Below, piece after piece: positions 35,717 to 54,848 of a stretch of DNA of 54,848 nt. The stretch's first letter is position 1. Each line of letters opens with the position of its first letter. The stretch is from Bigelowiella natans CCMP2755 (Eukaryota; Protista; Cercozoa). The stretch lies in assembly GCA_000320545.1 (NCBI GenBank), contig ADNK01000410.1:1-54848 (forward strand). Direction: 5' to 3'. The notes under the pieces were generated by a model. It saw only the letters and a list, made by a program, of their open reading frames with translations, made no database searches and was not told where the DNA came from. The position numbers and the translations under genes were made by a program.

Positions 35717-37351
35717 TCATGCTTTTTCTCTTTTACTTAACGGGTTCTTGCCAGATATTGTCAGCGTAGCGATGTTGGAGTCTAGCTGCCTTGGTTGATA
35801 AGGGCGCAGATCGATAACCAAAGCCGTGATGTTATCCAAACTTCCACGATCAAATGCTAAGTCCGTTAACCTCTTTGCAGCTTCCTGAAGGCGTGCCGAC
35901 TCACTTTCCAGGAACTCGGATGCTATAGAAATTGCTTCCTGGGGTTTGATAAAATCCCACAACCCATCAGTCCCCAGAACAAGAAAGTCGTCACCCTTCT
36001 TGAGAGTTTTCGTGGTTACGTCCGGTTCGCTGGTGACATAAGCCTTCAGGCTCCTATTCCCAATAGCGCGGCTAACAGCTAAGGTTGCTTCGACACGCCA
36101 CGTTCGGAGGAAAACCACCCGTCCACCCTTTTTCTCAATGCGATGTTTTTCTTCTTTGCAGCCTGGGTTGTGGTCTCTAGACATCACGACAGCCTGCCCC
36201 CCAGACGACAAAACTGCTTTGGAGTCTCCAGCATTTGCGACCGTAAGTGTACAATCTCGGAGAAGTGCAGCAACTGCTGTGGAGCCATCGTTCCATCGGT
36301 TAGAATTCGCGATGGAAAGAAACTCGTCGTCCAGTTTCGAAAACGCTCCTTGAAAGAGTGAGCGAGGTGTCTTATCAATTCTTTGTGAGACAATCTTGGG
36401 TAAATTCTTCGCACTATAATCAGCACAACGGCCACCGCCATGCCCATCGAAAACCCCGAAAAATCCCACAGCTCTACCCGGTATCATCTCAGGAACCGCA
36501 GAATGGAAATCTTCCATGTTTCTCCTGCGACCTCTTCTGAATGAAACCGCATAGTTTTGTCCCCCATAGCAACCTCCGTCTCTTCTGACTAATGGCCTAT
36601 TCGTAAGTCCATATGAATCAGGAACTTTGGTACGGGTTATGACCCCTTTAGGTTTGGGAATTGTTATTCTCAAACGTTTTACTCTTCTAGAGTTGGGACT
36701 TCTAGTACCACTACTGGAGGAAGTATACATCTGATTTCTACTTCTCCTCATTCCAGCACTTATATCGCGTCCAATTGCTAGCCCTACCTCTTTAAAAGGA
36801 TTATTGGGACGCTTCCTACCTTGGGTTGATTTTACCGGAGGTGGCAGTATACCTTTCCAAAATCCCTGTTTGTTATTCGAGGCCCCGCTTTTCTTTAACC
36901 TTGCATGTCTGGCGATAGTGGGTGTGGAAGATATAGAGAGTGGTTTCGATATTTTCATCATTATTGCTCCTCTTTTCTTGTTACTTTTACTTCGGCCTTT
37001 TAAGTGTTCGGTTGCAGAAACAAAATCCATCGGTGAAGTTGGTGGGGTAAACTTGGGGGAAACGGGGCAAAGGTTTTTGACATTATCCTTTAAGGTGGAA
37101 GAATTGTTTACTCCTGTTCGCTCCGCAACGACTTTAGAATTTTCTTCGTATGCACGTTTCACTTCAGTGATGTCAGCAGCATTATTATCCAAGTTGTTGC
37201 GGTGGCGACTGAAGAAACCACATCCCTTGATTCCCATTTCAGAGTGTTTGGTAAGCTCACATCTTCGGGAAGCATAATCAACGGCATCCTTCGTAGATCC
37301 TATCCTATCCCCCTTTCTCCAGCCCTCTCCGTTGGGAACGGAGTTCCTCAT
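35717..37351 (-). CDS. Protein phosphatase 2C (PPM family) with long basic N-terminal extension; single uninterrupted ORF
   Basis: Motifs RRNMED, FFGVFDGHGG, GSTA, VANAGDS, LAVSRAIG, LGTDGLWD and GSLDNIT. Confidence 0.95.
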   Translation of the reverse strand: MRNSVPNGEGWRKGDRIGSTKDAVDYASRRCELTKHSEMGIKGCGFFSRHRNNLDNNAADITEVKRAYEENSKVVAERTGVNNSSTLKDNVKNLCPVSPKFTPPTSPMDFVSATEHLKGRSKSNKKRGAIMMKISKPLSISSTPTIARHARLKKSGASNNKQGFWKGILPPPVKSTQGRKRPNNPFKEVGLAIGRDISAGMRRSRNQMYTSSSSGTRSPNSRRVKRLRITIPKPKGVITRTKVPDSYGLTNRPLVRRDGGCYGGQNYAVSFRRGRRRNMEDFHSAVPEMIPGRAVGFFGVFDGHGGGRCADYSAKNLPKIVSQRIDKTPRSLFQGAFSKLDDEFLSIANSNRWNDGSTAVAALLRDCTLTVANAGDSKAVLSSGGQAVVMSRDHNPGCKEEKHRIEKKGGRVVFLRTWRVEATLAVSRAIGNRSLKAYVTSEPDVTTKTLKKGDDFLVLGTDGLWDFIKPQEAISIASEFLESESARLQEAAKRLTDLAFDRGSLDNITALVIDLRPYQPRQLDSNIATLTISGKNPLSKREKA

Positions 37352-37917
37352 CAACTAAACCCGAATCACCCCTCCCTCAGGTCTCCCTTCTTTTATTCTT
37401 TCGGGATGAATTTTCGGTGTCGATGTCGTTCTTTGACGCACATGCGGTAAGGCCCTTCATCTTGACCGAGCGACAACTATTGCTCAATGAATCCTCTCAC
37501 AGCGGCAGGAAACCAAAAACGAACAGAGCTTGTTCTGGTCGAACAGAAAAACCAAAAAAGCCAACCCCAACAGATGAAATTTTTAGTCCAAATTATCATC
37601 GATGTCATCGGCTGAATGATAGCATGGCGACATCGATAAGGAGAATGTACGACCCAAAAAATTTGCAATTTCCGATTATTATTTACAAGCAACAGTATTA
37701 GCACCGGTATCCCAGTTTCATCGTTTGTTTCGAGCTTCCACATCCTTCTCGGCAGGTACATGTAGTTCGATGCTGACGTCTTCGTTTGAATGTAACACAT
37801 CCAGACATAGGGCGTTTTTGAATGCGCGACATGCTTCTGCTTGCGACATATCTAATCAATCTCCAGCCCACATTGTTCACGCGGCAGTACCCCCTCCCCC
37901 CCCCCCGCGCAATCGTG

Positions 37918-38284
37918 ATGTTGCTTTTCCTGCTAACCTTCCTCGCTTCGCCTTTTCTAGCGCATGCTGACGGAGAATCATACCCGTACAAAGCAAGCGC
38001 AGGCTCCTCGGGGGTGCAAATGGGAAGCCACATGGCGCTGGCCGTCCCGCAGTGGATTCTCACATTAATAATGCTCGGAATGGTTTCGTTCATCGGATTT
38101 CTGGCATACCGCCTTCTCAATTTGGATGCAGGTGAATTTTTTCAAAAGAGTTGAAACGATATTTTTGGTTTTGGTCCCATTCGGTTGCGAGAATTTGACA
38201 GTGTTATTTATTTAATCAGATAAAAAGAAAAAGTCGAAAAAAGATTCGAAGAAGAAAAAGAAAAGATCAAAGAAGGAGAAATAG
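37918..38284 (+). CDS. Small single-pass membrane protein with signal peptide and Lys-rich tail
   Basis: MLLFLLTFLASPFLAHA-DGES...WILTLIMLGMVSFIGFLAYRLLNLDA|DKKKKSKKDSKKKKKRSKKEK*. One GT-AG intron. Confidence 0.75.
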
Positions 38285-38499
38285 ATGTGCTGCAGACTTT
38301 TGATTCATTTCTCTACGATTTGTTTGATACAAAGCTTTTCAACGTCACTGGGTCATGTAAATATAGAGCGTGTCCTCGGTAGTCGTAAGAATGTATTTTA
38401 GCTTCGCGCAAAGTACGGAAGCTTCGAAGGAATGCGAGCCTGAGACGTAGCTGGTTGATCTGTAGAAAATTACAAATAGTGAAACACAATAACTACACA

Positions 38500-39230
38500 C
38501 ATATAAATGGTGGCTTCGCATGCGTGTGCGGATGGTCTAGCTAGTGGTGTGCATTCTAGACTAGCTTGTAGACATCACTAGATCATCATGTTCTAGTGTT
38601 CATGCGTACACCTGCACTACAGCTATCTAGCTATGACTAGTACATGCGCTACTCGAATCTACTAGTCTTGTAGTACTCTAGTGCTGTACCTCCTCATACA
38701 TGCTGCGCTGCTTTGGCAGATCATGCCTGCTAGCGTGGCATGCCGGCTTGCTAGCTTGCATGCTAGCATGCTTTCGATTCTAGCCTTGCTAGACACTAGA
38801 GCATAGCTAGCTTGCATATATGCATTCTAGCATTCTAGTAGTGCCCTATGCTAGCTCTAGCTAGCTACTCCTGCTGTAGTCTAGTAGTGCTAGCTACGCT
38901 ATGTATATATGCGCTAAAGCTGCTAGGCTGCTGGCCTTTATATTGTTTCCAGACGTATATACTAGTATGAAGCTAGCTAGACTAGCTAGCTAGTAGAGAC
39001 GTACACGCGCGCGGTGCATGACTGTGTGCATATTCTCAATGGACATGTAGACAAATCGATCTAACGGGCCTATATCTAGCTGTTGCAAACAAAGGTATGA
39101 AGGCACGCCACTGCTGGCCTAGCTAGACTCGTCTGTGACTAGGAGTGTGTATCCATTTCATGCATGCATTGAAGTGCACGTGCAGCATCAATTGTCTACA
39201 TTGTGTGCATGAGCTAGTGAGGGCCCATGT
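38500..39230. other. Palindromic-word-rich spacer T6 between convergent genes (most extreme example)
   Basis: CTAG recurs roughly every 10-20 bp through much of the tract, e.g. GCTAGCTTGCATGCTAGCATGC and AGCTAGCTAGACTAGCTAGCTAG. Confidence 0.85.
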
Positions 39231-39298
39231 GTGTTACATAACATTGGAATAGGATGCATGAAACACAACATATCTTTTTTTAACATAATAGAATATAT

Positions 39299-43505
<4,207 letters not shown>

Positions 43506-43919
43506 TTTTCCGTGGTAGATCCTCAGGCCTTCTTTCTTCTTATTCTTATATCAAACCGTCGGATGGGCGACCTTTCTTATCTCATCGCTTCTTAGCTTCT
43601 TTCTGTTCGTTCCTGAGGCGAGAGGAGAGGCACCGAAGAATATCCGAAAATCTCCGAGACGCATACGACCTTCACCTGTTCTTTCTTCCTTTTAATTTGG
43701 GCCGATGACGCATTGAGGAAACGGCATGGACTTAGGACTTCTGACATCTTCGAAATGTTTGACGATTTTACCCAAAAAAGTTCTCCGTTGGTATGGCTGG
43801 AAGAGGTGCAGCAGCGTTGGTAGTTTCGCTGTAATCCCATATCTTGTGTACTACGAGGGTGGCCCTCGTAACAACAGAGCCCTCTCCCCCCCGCTTTGGT
43901 CCTCCTTGCTGGCTCCACA

Positions 43920-44208
43920 ATGCAAGCTAAAACGAATTCTCTGCAGCAGCATAGACCATGCACTAATCAGCACATAGATTCAACGCTGCGGAATGGGCCG
44001 TCAAGTGATAAACACATCGATTTTCTGGGAAAAAATGACAAGGTACTTAACACACGCCCTCTCTCTAATACACACAAACAGACAAACACACACAGACACA
44101 AACACACACACAAAATTTAATACAAATATATACATATACAGAAGAATGTATAACATTTGTGTATGTATGTATGTATTTATGTATGCATGTGTGTACATAC
44201 ATGTGTAT

Positions 44209-44252
<44 letters not shown>

Positions 44253-44967
44253 TTGGTGCGTGTCAGATAGTGATAACTACACTAAACATATTTTTATGAA
44301 AGCGTCCTATGTGAAAATTTGCTAAACTGCATCTCTTTCAGGGTCTGCAACCGAGACTCGTATTAGCAAAATTGGAGAAGATGCTCTGGGGAATTCTGAT
44401 CGCGTTGTTCCTGTCCATCATTGTTCTCGTCATTGTTGCCAGCGTGAGTAGCTAAAAAATCCCCAAACATAAAAGTTTCATTGTCTAAATTATTGTTATT
44501 TTAAAGAGTGGAGCTCCGGTTATGGCACTGATGATTTGTGCAGTACTATCTGGAATGCTTTCAGTGGCATTTTCATGCGTTGCGAACTCAATTGCAGCGC
44601 ATAAGGTATCACAATTCAAAAGATATAAAACGCGCAACTCGATTTTAAGAAATCTCATCTATCTCAGGAAAAATATGAAATTGTGGATGACAATTCGAGT
44701 CAAACAACTTCAAAATCTGAGACGAAAACAGAAATGAAAGCTGTGAAGATTGATCCTCAAAATCCGAGCGTAATTGAAATAAAACAGAAAATTGATGTCG
44801 TTGCACTTGACGGTACGAACGAGGTTGTATAAGTAGCTACCTGAAACTATTTGGAGACAATCAATATTCAGGTGCTAGAAGTTACTGAGATTCATCTAAT
44901 CTCTTCTACAAGTATCGACAACACCGCTGCTAATTTAAATCAACTAGAGGGTGTGGAGTTACACTAG
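43920..44967 (+). CDS. Hypothetical protein with two transmembrane segments
   Basis: Spliced ORF with MLWGILIALFLSIIVLVIVAS and MALMICAVLSGMLSVAFSCVA; GT-AG introns; ends EGVELH*. Confidence 0.65.
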
Positions 44968-45289
44968 CTGGAAGTGCATTTGTCCCAATATAAATGAAAC
45001 GTTCATTACTCCAAATTAAGTTTTTGTAAATGAACATCGAATTATTCAATTTTAAGAACTATCCTGCGACGAGCACCGGAATTTTACTCTTTTGAAAAGG
45101 GCTACGATGAGTTACAGTTAGACTGCAGATCTATGTTTCAAAACGACTACTATCGACGATCGCATCTTGTGTAAGAATCAGGTGTATGATTATATCATAC
45201 GAAGGAAACATAATTTGACATTTCAACAGAGAGCGGTACATCATTGATATCATGCGATACAAGTAATCTGAAATGATAATGTACGATGA

Positions 45290-45890
45290 CCTAGATGTGT
45301 GTGCTATGGGCGATGCCTCACATCGGGCATATTTAAATATGCAAGCCATGCTAGCATCTCCATCTGCATGTCTGAAGTATCTGGCATGGCAAATATTTTA
45401 CCTCATCGATGGCCTATCCATGTCACGTGTAGCAAAACCGTGATGGTATGGCTTGCAGGCTGCTGAGATTCATCTTCACCTCGACTAATAACGGTGAGGC
45501 ATAAGTCAGACTATCTAGCTAGCTACACTATCTAAGCTATCTAGCTATGCTACAGGCTAGCTAGAGCAGGCCCTCTATCGCTAACCCTGATGAACGTCTA
45601 GTCGTGTTTGGGGATCTAGAATCTAGAGGCTTCGCCAAGCGAACTAGCGAAGTAAGCGCTGCGATGCATACATGAGTCTTTAAACTTTGTTAGCATGCAA
45701 ATTCCGCGTGTCTAGCTACATATGTGTGTCTGTCGTGGTGCCAACGCTCATGTAATGACGAAGGAAGGCGACAGTATATGTAACAGTTTCGACGTACACG
45801 CCCACAAAGAAACATGCAATGCTATGATGTCGAATGATGCGTAAAGTCTACGCACTGGCGCGGTGCAGCGTGTTATATCCTTGCAGCAGC
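45290..45890. other. Palindromic-word-rich spacer T7 between convergent genes
   Basis: CTAGCTAGCTA, ATCTAGAATCTAGA and GCATGC. Confidence 0.75.
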
Positions 45891-45896
45891 TGCAAT

Positions 45897-45941
<45 letters not shown>

Positions 45942-46259
45942 GGACTGCAGTCGCAAAATTTTCCATGCCTTATGTATATTAGATTGCTTATTGCAAAATC
46001 AATTATCTGTCGCGATATACAATCACTAGCTTCACATACATCTGGAACAACAATGGAACCGGAGATTAACTGGTCAAGAGAAAGAGCAACTTGATCTTCG
46101 AAGACGCGAATCCCATATGGTCAGATCTTTCTTGAAATAACTGAACAGAATTTGGCTTGAAAGCATCATCGGGAGTAAACGTTATACCGGTGCTGATCTT
46201 GCTTTGATTCTGCATTGGTGGTTGGAAATGGCATACTCCGTCTCTTTGGATTATTCGTA

Positions 46260-48103
46260 TTACCGTTCTTCAGGGACAAAAGCTAGTGATGCTGCTGATG
46301 ATGGCTGTTGCTTCTATGCAAAAATGCGAGAGCCTTCGGTATGCTGTAATGTTCCCATCATGATTTTAGCACAAGCCGATAGTTAGCAACCAAAACTGTT
46401 GTGGAAACATAATGTTTCGAATAATTTTCGAAGGAGATCCTGACACACATGATCTAGCAATACGATTCCAGATTTACGCCCCACAACATGAGATCTTATT
46501 CAATTCGACTCATAAGTTCACTTGCTCCTTGACATTGGGGGCAACGTACTTGAGATTTTATTTCCTGCATATCCAAAATCAAGATTGCATCGTGTAGACC
46601 GTTCTGCTCTTTCCATTGAAGGACATATCCGATTTATATGAGCCAATACCGCCATCACTAGAATCGCTTAAAGTTGCTGGTGCTCTATTCCAGGTACTCT
46701 GTCCCGTTTCTGCGTTGTTTTTGTCCCCTTTTTCCTCTCGTCTTTTCTCTCTTTTTTGTTTTCGTTCGTTCTCTCTTTATGATTTTCACAGCTCCGTTAG
46801 TGACCATGTCACCATTAGTACCATTGCCCCCACCTGCCTTACTACTTTGCTGCTGGGCTTTCCTAGATTTTTTAGACTGCTTGTATTTGCTTGACCTGTT
46901 GCCCTTGCCTGCTGATGACCTATTATGTACCAAGCTTAATCAGTTACTTTGGTTTTCCTCGTTCTTAAAGTATTACAGAATATATCAGGCTACCAACAAT
47001 TCTATCATTTTTTGGTGGACATAAGGAACATTTCTGGTGTACATCCATGGCACCTTTCACTGAGCTCTGTTTGAGAATGGAGGGTATTCGACTTGTCCCT
47101 TCTTGTTTCTCTTTTCTCCTTCGATCCTTTATTTTCCTTCGCATATCGCTTACTTTTTCCCTGTTTCGAACTTTCCTTAGATATCGAGGAATCAAGATTA
47201 CGATTGTAGCTGGGATCCTTTCGGGAATCACTTCTTCGGGCCATCTTCGATGTACTCTTTGCTGAGAAATTTAGTGTAGAAGAGGTCAAGAAGAATCGCG
47301 CCGTTGAGAAGGGAACCAACCTGATATTTTACTCCCCTTCTTTGCCAGAAAAGCTACTATAGGAGCAATCTCTTCTCCTTCTTGTCCTTTATTCCGTAAG
47401 CGAAAATAACTCAGGAGAAGCAGTTGCCAAAAACTTTCAACAATCTACCATCAGATTGCTTCTTTTCTTCCTCGTTGGTGCCAGGAATTTTTTCTTCGTT
47501 TTCTTCAAAAGACTTAATGTAGTTCAAATAATGGACATCTGTATGTTGTGTAGAGTCAAATCATAGTGAACATTCTTCACACCGATTGTTGTACCTGTGT
47601 CGTATCTTCCTTGCCGGTTATCCTTTGGAAGGTTCTTCCTCGGGATGCTTTGGGATGGAGCATATTCAACTTGGGGCTTGATAACTTTTTCTGTAAATTA
47701 ATTTGGAAACTTACTACTATCTATCTCCCATCTAAGAATAGTAATTCGATCAGACCATTAAAAACAAAATTCCCGGCTTGCACGAAAGAGACGATATCGA
47801 AGATGTCGGATGGATTGGGGAAATAAAGATATGCTAATCCAGGCCGATTCCGAGATGGGAATATACTTCATCAAACACAGATAGTCACGTAAGATTAACA
47901 GATTCACTACAACACAGCCATACGATGGTAAGCACGTACCTCGACTTTCCCGGCCTGAAGTAGGACCAGGAGTACTTTTTCTCAAAGGGTTTCAAGATCG
48001 ATTGGAGCGATTGCAGATCCATCTGTACGGGTAGGTTCCTAATGACAATTTTCTTCTTTGCAGGTCTTGATTTCCTTCCTTCTGCACCATTGCTTCGCCC
48101 CAT
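46260..48103 (-). CDS. UPF3: Nonsense-mediated decay factor UPF3-like; 3' end approximate
   Basis: KIVIRNLP...LKPF...YFRPGK, VEYAPSQSIP, DVHYLNYIKSFEE and APIVAFLAKK match Smg4/UPF3 domain features, followed by a basic low-complexity tail. Confidence 0.75.
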
Positions 48104-48491
48104 GCTCCACCGCCTTCGTTGTCAGGCGGCCAACAGCGGTGTAAGAGTTAGGATCGAATAGCAGCTATCCATATGATTTTCGCATTAGTATAGGCATAAC
48201 CTCCCATGCGACATGTATATCCTTCTATAAATATGTTTTTGCTACCGGTAATTTTATCCTATGTTAACAAAAAATACTACGTCGCGAATCACATACGCAA
48301 GCATTTTTAAAGTACGAGACATGAAAGCACGTGCTCTTGTTTAGTGGCAAAATCGGGTACTGACGGGTGTTTGTCTGAGCAGCAAGCAGCAGCAAGCTCG
48401 TTGCCCAAAGAAAATTACATCCTTCCTCCATTATTGAAACTAGTTGTTACTTATCCTCTACCCCTTCCTCTTCTTGAAAGAGGCTGCACAG

Positions 48492-49901
48492 ATGAAATGG
48501 CCCAAACTTCTAATTGTGGTGAGCCTTTTCATCATGGTACAGTGCAGATCTTTCTCCAGCAAAAATTTTCCTTCCTCAAAAATTCCGATGGGAAAGCTAA
48601 ATGCTCCGAAAACAAGGAATCTCCGTATGCACACCAGTAGGAGCAGCAGGACGATGGGCTTTGTCACAAATTTGGAAGAACCAACAAAAAAGAATAGACG
48701 TGGAAGGCCTAAAAATGTTATTATTGACCATGGACGAGATTTTTCATCCACCAGCAGAGCCTACAATATGATTACGGATGATCGTATACGTGAGTTGGAG
48801 CTGAAATTGAGAGAAAAATTGGGAGAAGCTGGAGCTGCATACTATCTTCCTGAAGCATTGGAAACAGAGAGGAAGATATCTTCTAAACCGCTTAATGAGA
48901 GGAATCGAAGGATTATGATTGCAGCTTCAAACAAAAAACGTTCGATACTGAAAGCTTTAGGAATGGAAGTTCCCGTGTTAGGTAGATCCGAGTCAAAGAG
49001 AGGTCCAAGGAAAGTTCAACCAAAACTTGTGGAAGAAGGCCGTCGACGACTGTTGCCGCTCGAGAGAGTTACAGCCAGGCCTTTCACCAACCCTCTCGAG
49101 GACGTTGAACATAAGGTCCTCTACAAACATCAAGGCAAAAAACTGAAAGATAAGGTCCTCTCTGAACTTGGAGCATCATTTTTCCCGGCAGAAAAAATTA
49201 GTGAGCATCAGCTTGAAAATTTAGAGGCAATAATCAAGCAAAGATGTGCAGCTGACATCGCGATGAAGGACATGGCCGTTGTGGATCAAACTTCCAGACA
49301 ACTGAACCTTGCAGTTGAACATTCGAATGACTACATGAAAAACCATAACCTTCTTTACCTTAGAGATATTATGGAAGAAGCTGCGGAGTATCGTAATATT
49401 CTTAAAAGGATCGATTTGTGTCTTCCAAGCACTGAGTCGCTAGTATCTTTAGTGAATCGTTGGAAGTCCGTTACCACAGATGAGAAAGTTTCTGTGGAAA
49501 AATCGCATCAAGATGAACCAGCTTCCACGAATATTCGTTTTAAGGCGGATAGTGTGCTTTTGGTGCCGAGCAGTGAGCCAGTGGCAAAAGAAAGTTCGCC
49601 TATAAGCGATAAAGCCACAAATCGCGGAAAGTTCACGCTTGAATCTGAAAACAAGGAGACCCTTCATCCAAGAAGAAATGTACAACGTAGGAGTATCAAC
49701 ATCCAGAGCAATCGTAAGACCATGAAACAGAAGGTAAAGGTTATAGGATCCAAGCCCAAAAGCACACTCCACTCAGAAGAATTTGGAGGTAAGTTGCATT
49801 CCACTTCGAAGAAAACAAGCACAGATGACACTGCTAATGATTACCTGTTTATAATCTCCGAAGCTCTACTCGAGCAAGAACTAGTCAAGCAGTATGCATA
49901 G
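48492..49901 (+). CDS. Intronless hypothetical protein with signal peptide, basic transit-like segment and AT-hook-like RRGRPK
   Basis: 469-codon ORF from ATG 48492: MKWPKLLIVVSLFIMVQC-RSFSSKNFPSSK...KKNRRGRPKN. Confidence 0.75.
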   Translation: MKWPKLLIVVSLFIMVQCRSFSSKNFPSSKIPMGKLNAPKTRNLRMHTSRSSRTMGFVTNLEEPTKKNRRGRPKNVIIDHGRDFSSTSRAYNMITDDRIRELELKLREKLGEAGAAYYLPEALETERKISSKPLNERNRRIMIAASNKKRSILKALGMEVPVLGRSESKRGPRKVQPKLVEEGRRRLLPLERVTARPFTNPLEDVEHKVLYKHQGKKLKDKVLSELGASFFPAEKISEHQLENLEAIIKQRCAADIAMKDMAVVDQTSRQLNLAVEHSNDYMKNHNLLYLRDIMEEAAEYRNILKRIDLCLPSTESLVSLVNRWKSVTTDEKVSVEKSHQDEPASTNIRFKADSVLLVPSSEPVAKESSPISDKATNRGKFTLESENKETLHPRRNVQRRSINIQSNRKTMKQKVKVIGSKPKSTLHSEEFGGKLHSTSKKTSTDDTANDYLFIISEALLEQELVKQYA

Positions 49902-50099
49902 GAACTTTAGTAGACAAAATTCTGTAAAATCTCTCATTTTTGAATGTGCGGTCTTCATGTAAAGATGTATACTATAAGCAAGCATGCAACTTAAATACTT
50001 GGATATCATGATGTCAATTTTTGGATTGCTCGATCTATGGTGCATTCTCACATATCAAGGCAAAAACATGACAAAAGTAAATGTCAGAATTGTTAGATG

Positions 50100-50640
50100 G
50101 CATCACGCGATGTAATGATTTCTAGCTAGCTAGGATATCTAGATGTGAGAGAAACCTGAATTGTTAATTACTAGCAGCGTTGTCCAGCGTGAATCTGCTG
50201 CTGTGCCATCGTACGCACTACGCACCATCATCATGTTACAACCTAGCAACAGCGATCTAGCGATGCTTACACATGTAGTACCTTGCTACGTACATGCATT
50301 GAAGCGAGCACTACTAGACTAGGGCACTCTTATACTTTGCCAAAGCTAGAACGTCAAACGCGATAAGAAGCACTAGAGCATGCAAAGGCGGTGCATCCGT
50401 GGTTTGCTCGCATGTCTACACACATCGTATATGACAATGCCACTTTTGATCTTTACATGCTCATGCATGAAACACACAGTCGCCGAATCAAACAAATGCA
50501 ATCTAAGCGCCGTACTAGTGTAGCCGCTGCTAGCGCTGCATTGGTGTACAGCTACATTAGGATGACTATGGAAAAATGTAATCTTTTCATTACATCCGTC
50601 GCACACATCGTATCCGCACGCACTTTGTACCATGCAATTT
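50100..50640. other. Palindromic-word-rich spacer T8 between convergent genes
   Basis: TCTAGCTAGCTAGGATATCTAGA, CTACTAGACTAG, GCTAGC and GCATGC. Confidence 0.75.
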
Positions 50641-50694
50641 AAATGTCTGGAAAGTTTACTTATTATTCGTTGCTTAACTGCTCAACCATGCAGC

Positions 50695-54766
<4,072 letters not shown>

Positions 54767-54848
54767 GTGATGATGCGATTATTTTTACGTTAGTACCGAC
54801 TGCAGACGACTAAGAAAAGCATACATAGAATGAGGTCCCCCCCCCCCC

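Noticed and set aside
36804-37277. 157-aa plus-strand ORF
   Set aside because: It is the antisense shadow of the PP2C coding sequence.

Overview
Eukaryotic nuclear DNA that is gene-dense and intron-rich, uses the standard genetic code, and has microsatellite-laden introns. Two genes carry signal-peptide plus basic transit-like leaders, which suggests an alga with a complex plastid, possibly a chlorarachniophyte (inference only). By manual GT-AG splicing I reconstruct 16 protein-coding genes and one tRNA-Gln(UUG): an unknown protein (-), a 4xWH2 actin-binding protein, an unknown possibly Rpp21-like protein, Mis18BP1/KNL2-like, YbeY, condensin CAP-D2, an S9 peptidase, NAA40, MAEA/GID9, PP2C, a small membrane protein, a CaMK-family kinase, a 2-TM protein, UPF3, a leader-bearing AT-hook protein and a partial DDX42. 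The most striking feature is architectural. Genes alternate strand almost perfectly, forming head-to-head pairs (7 divergent, 7 convergent and 1 tandem junction). Every junction that follows a 3' end holds a 400-900 bp tract saturated with short palindromic words (CTAG, AGCT, CATG, TGCA, GCATGC, (TAGC)n) and poor in homopolymer runs. No comparable tract is seen in the divergent promoters or in introns. These tracts are a candidate terminator, boundary or DNA-modification system, or a mutational signature. Exon boundaries were read by eye, and the ends of the hypothetical genes are approximate.
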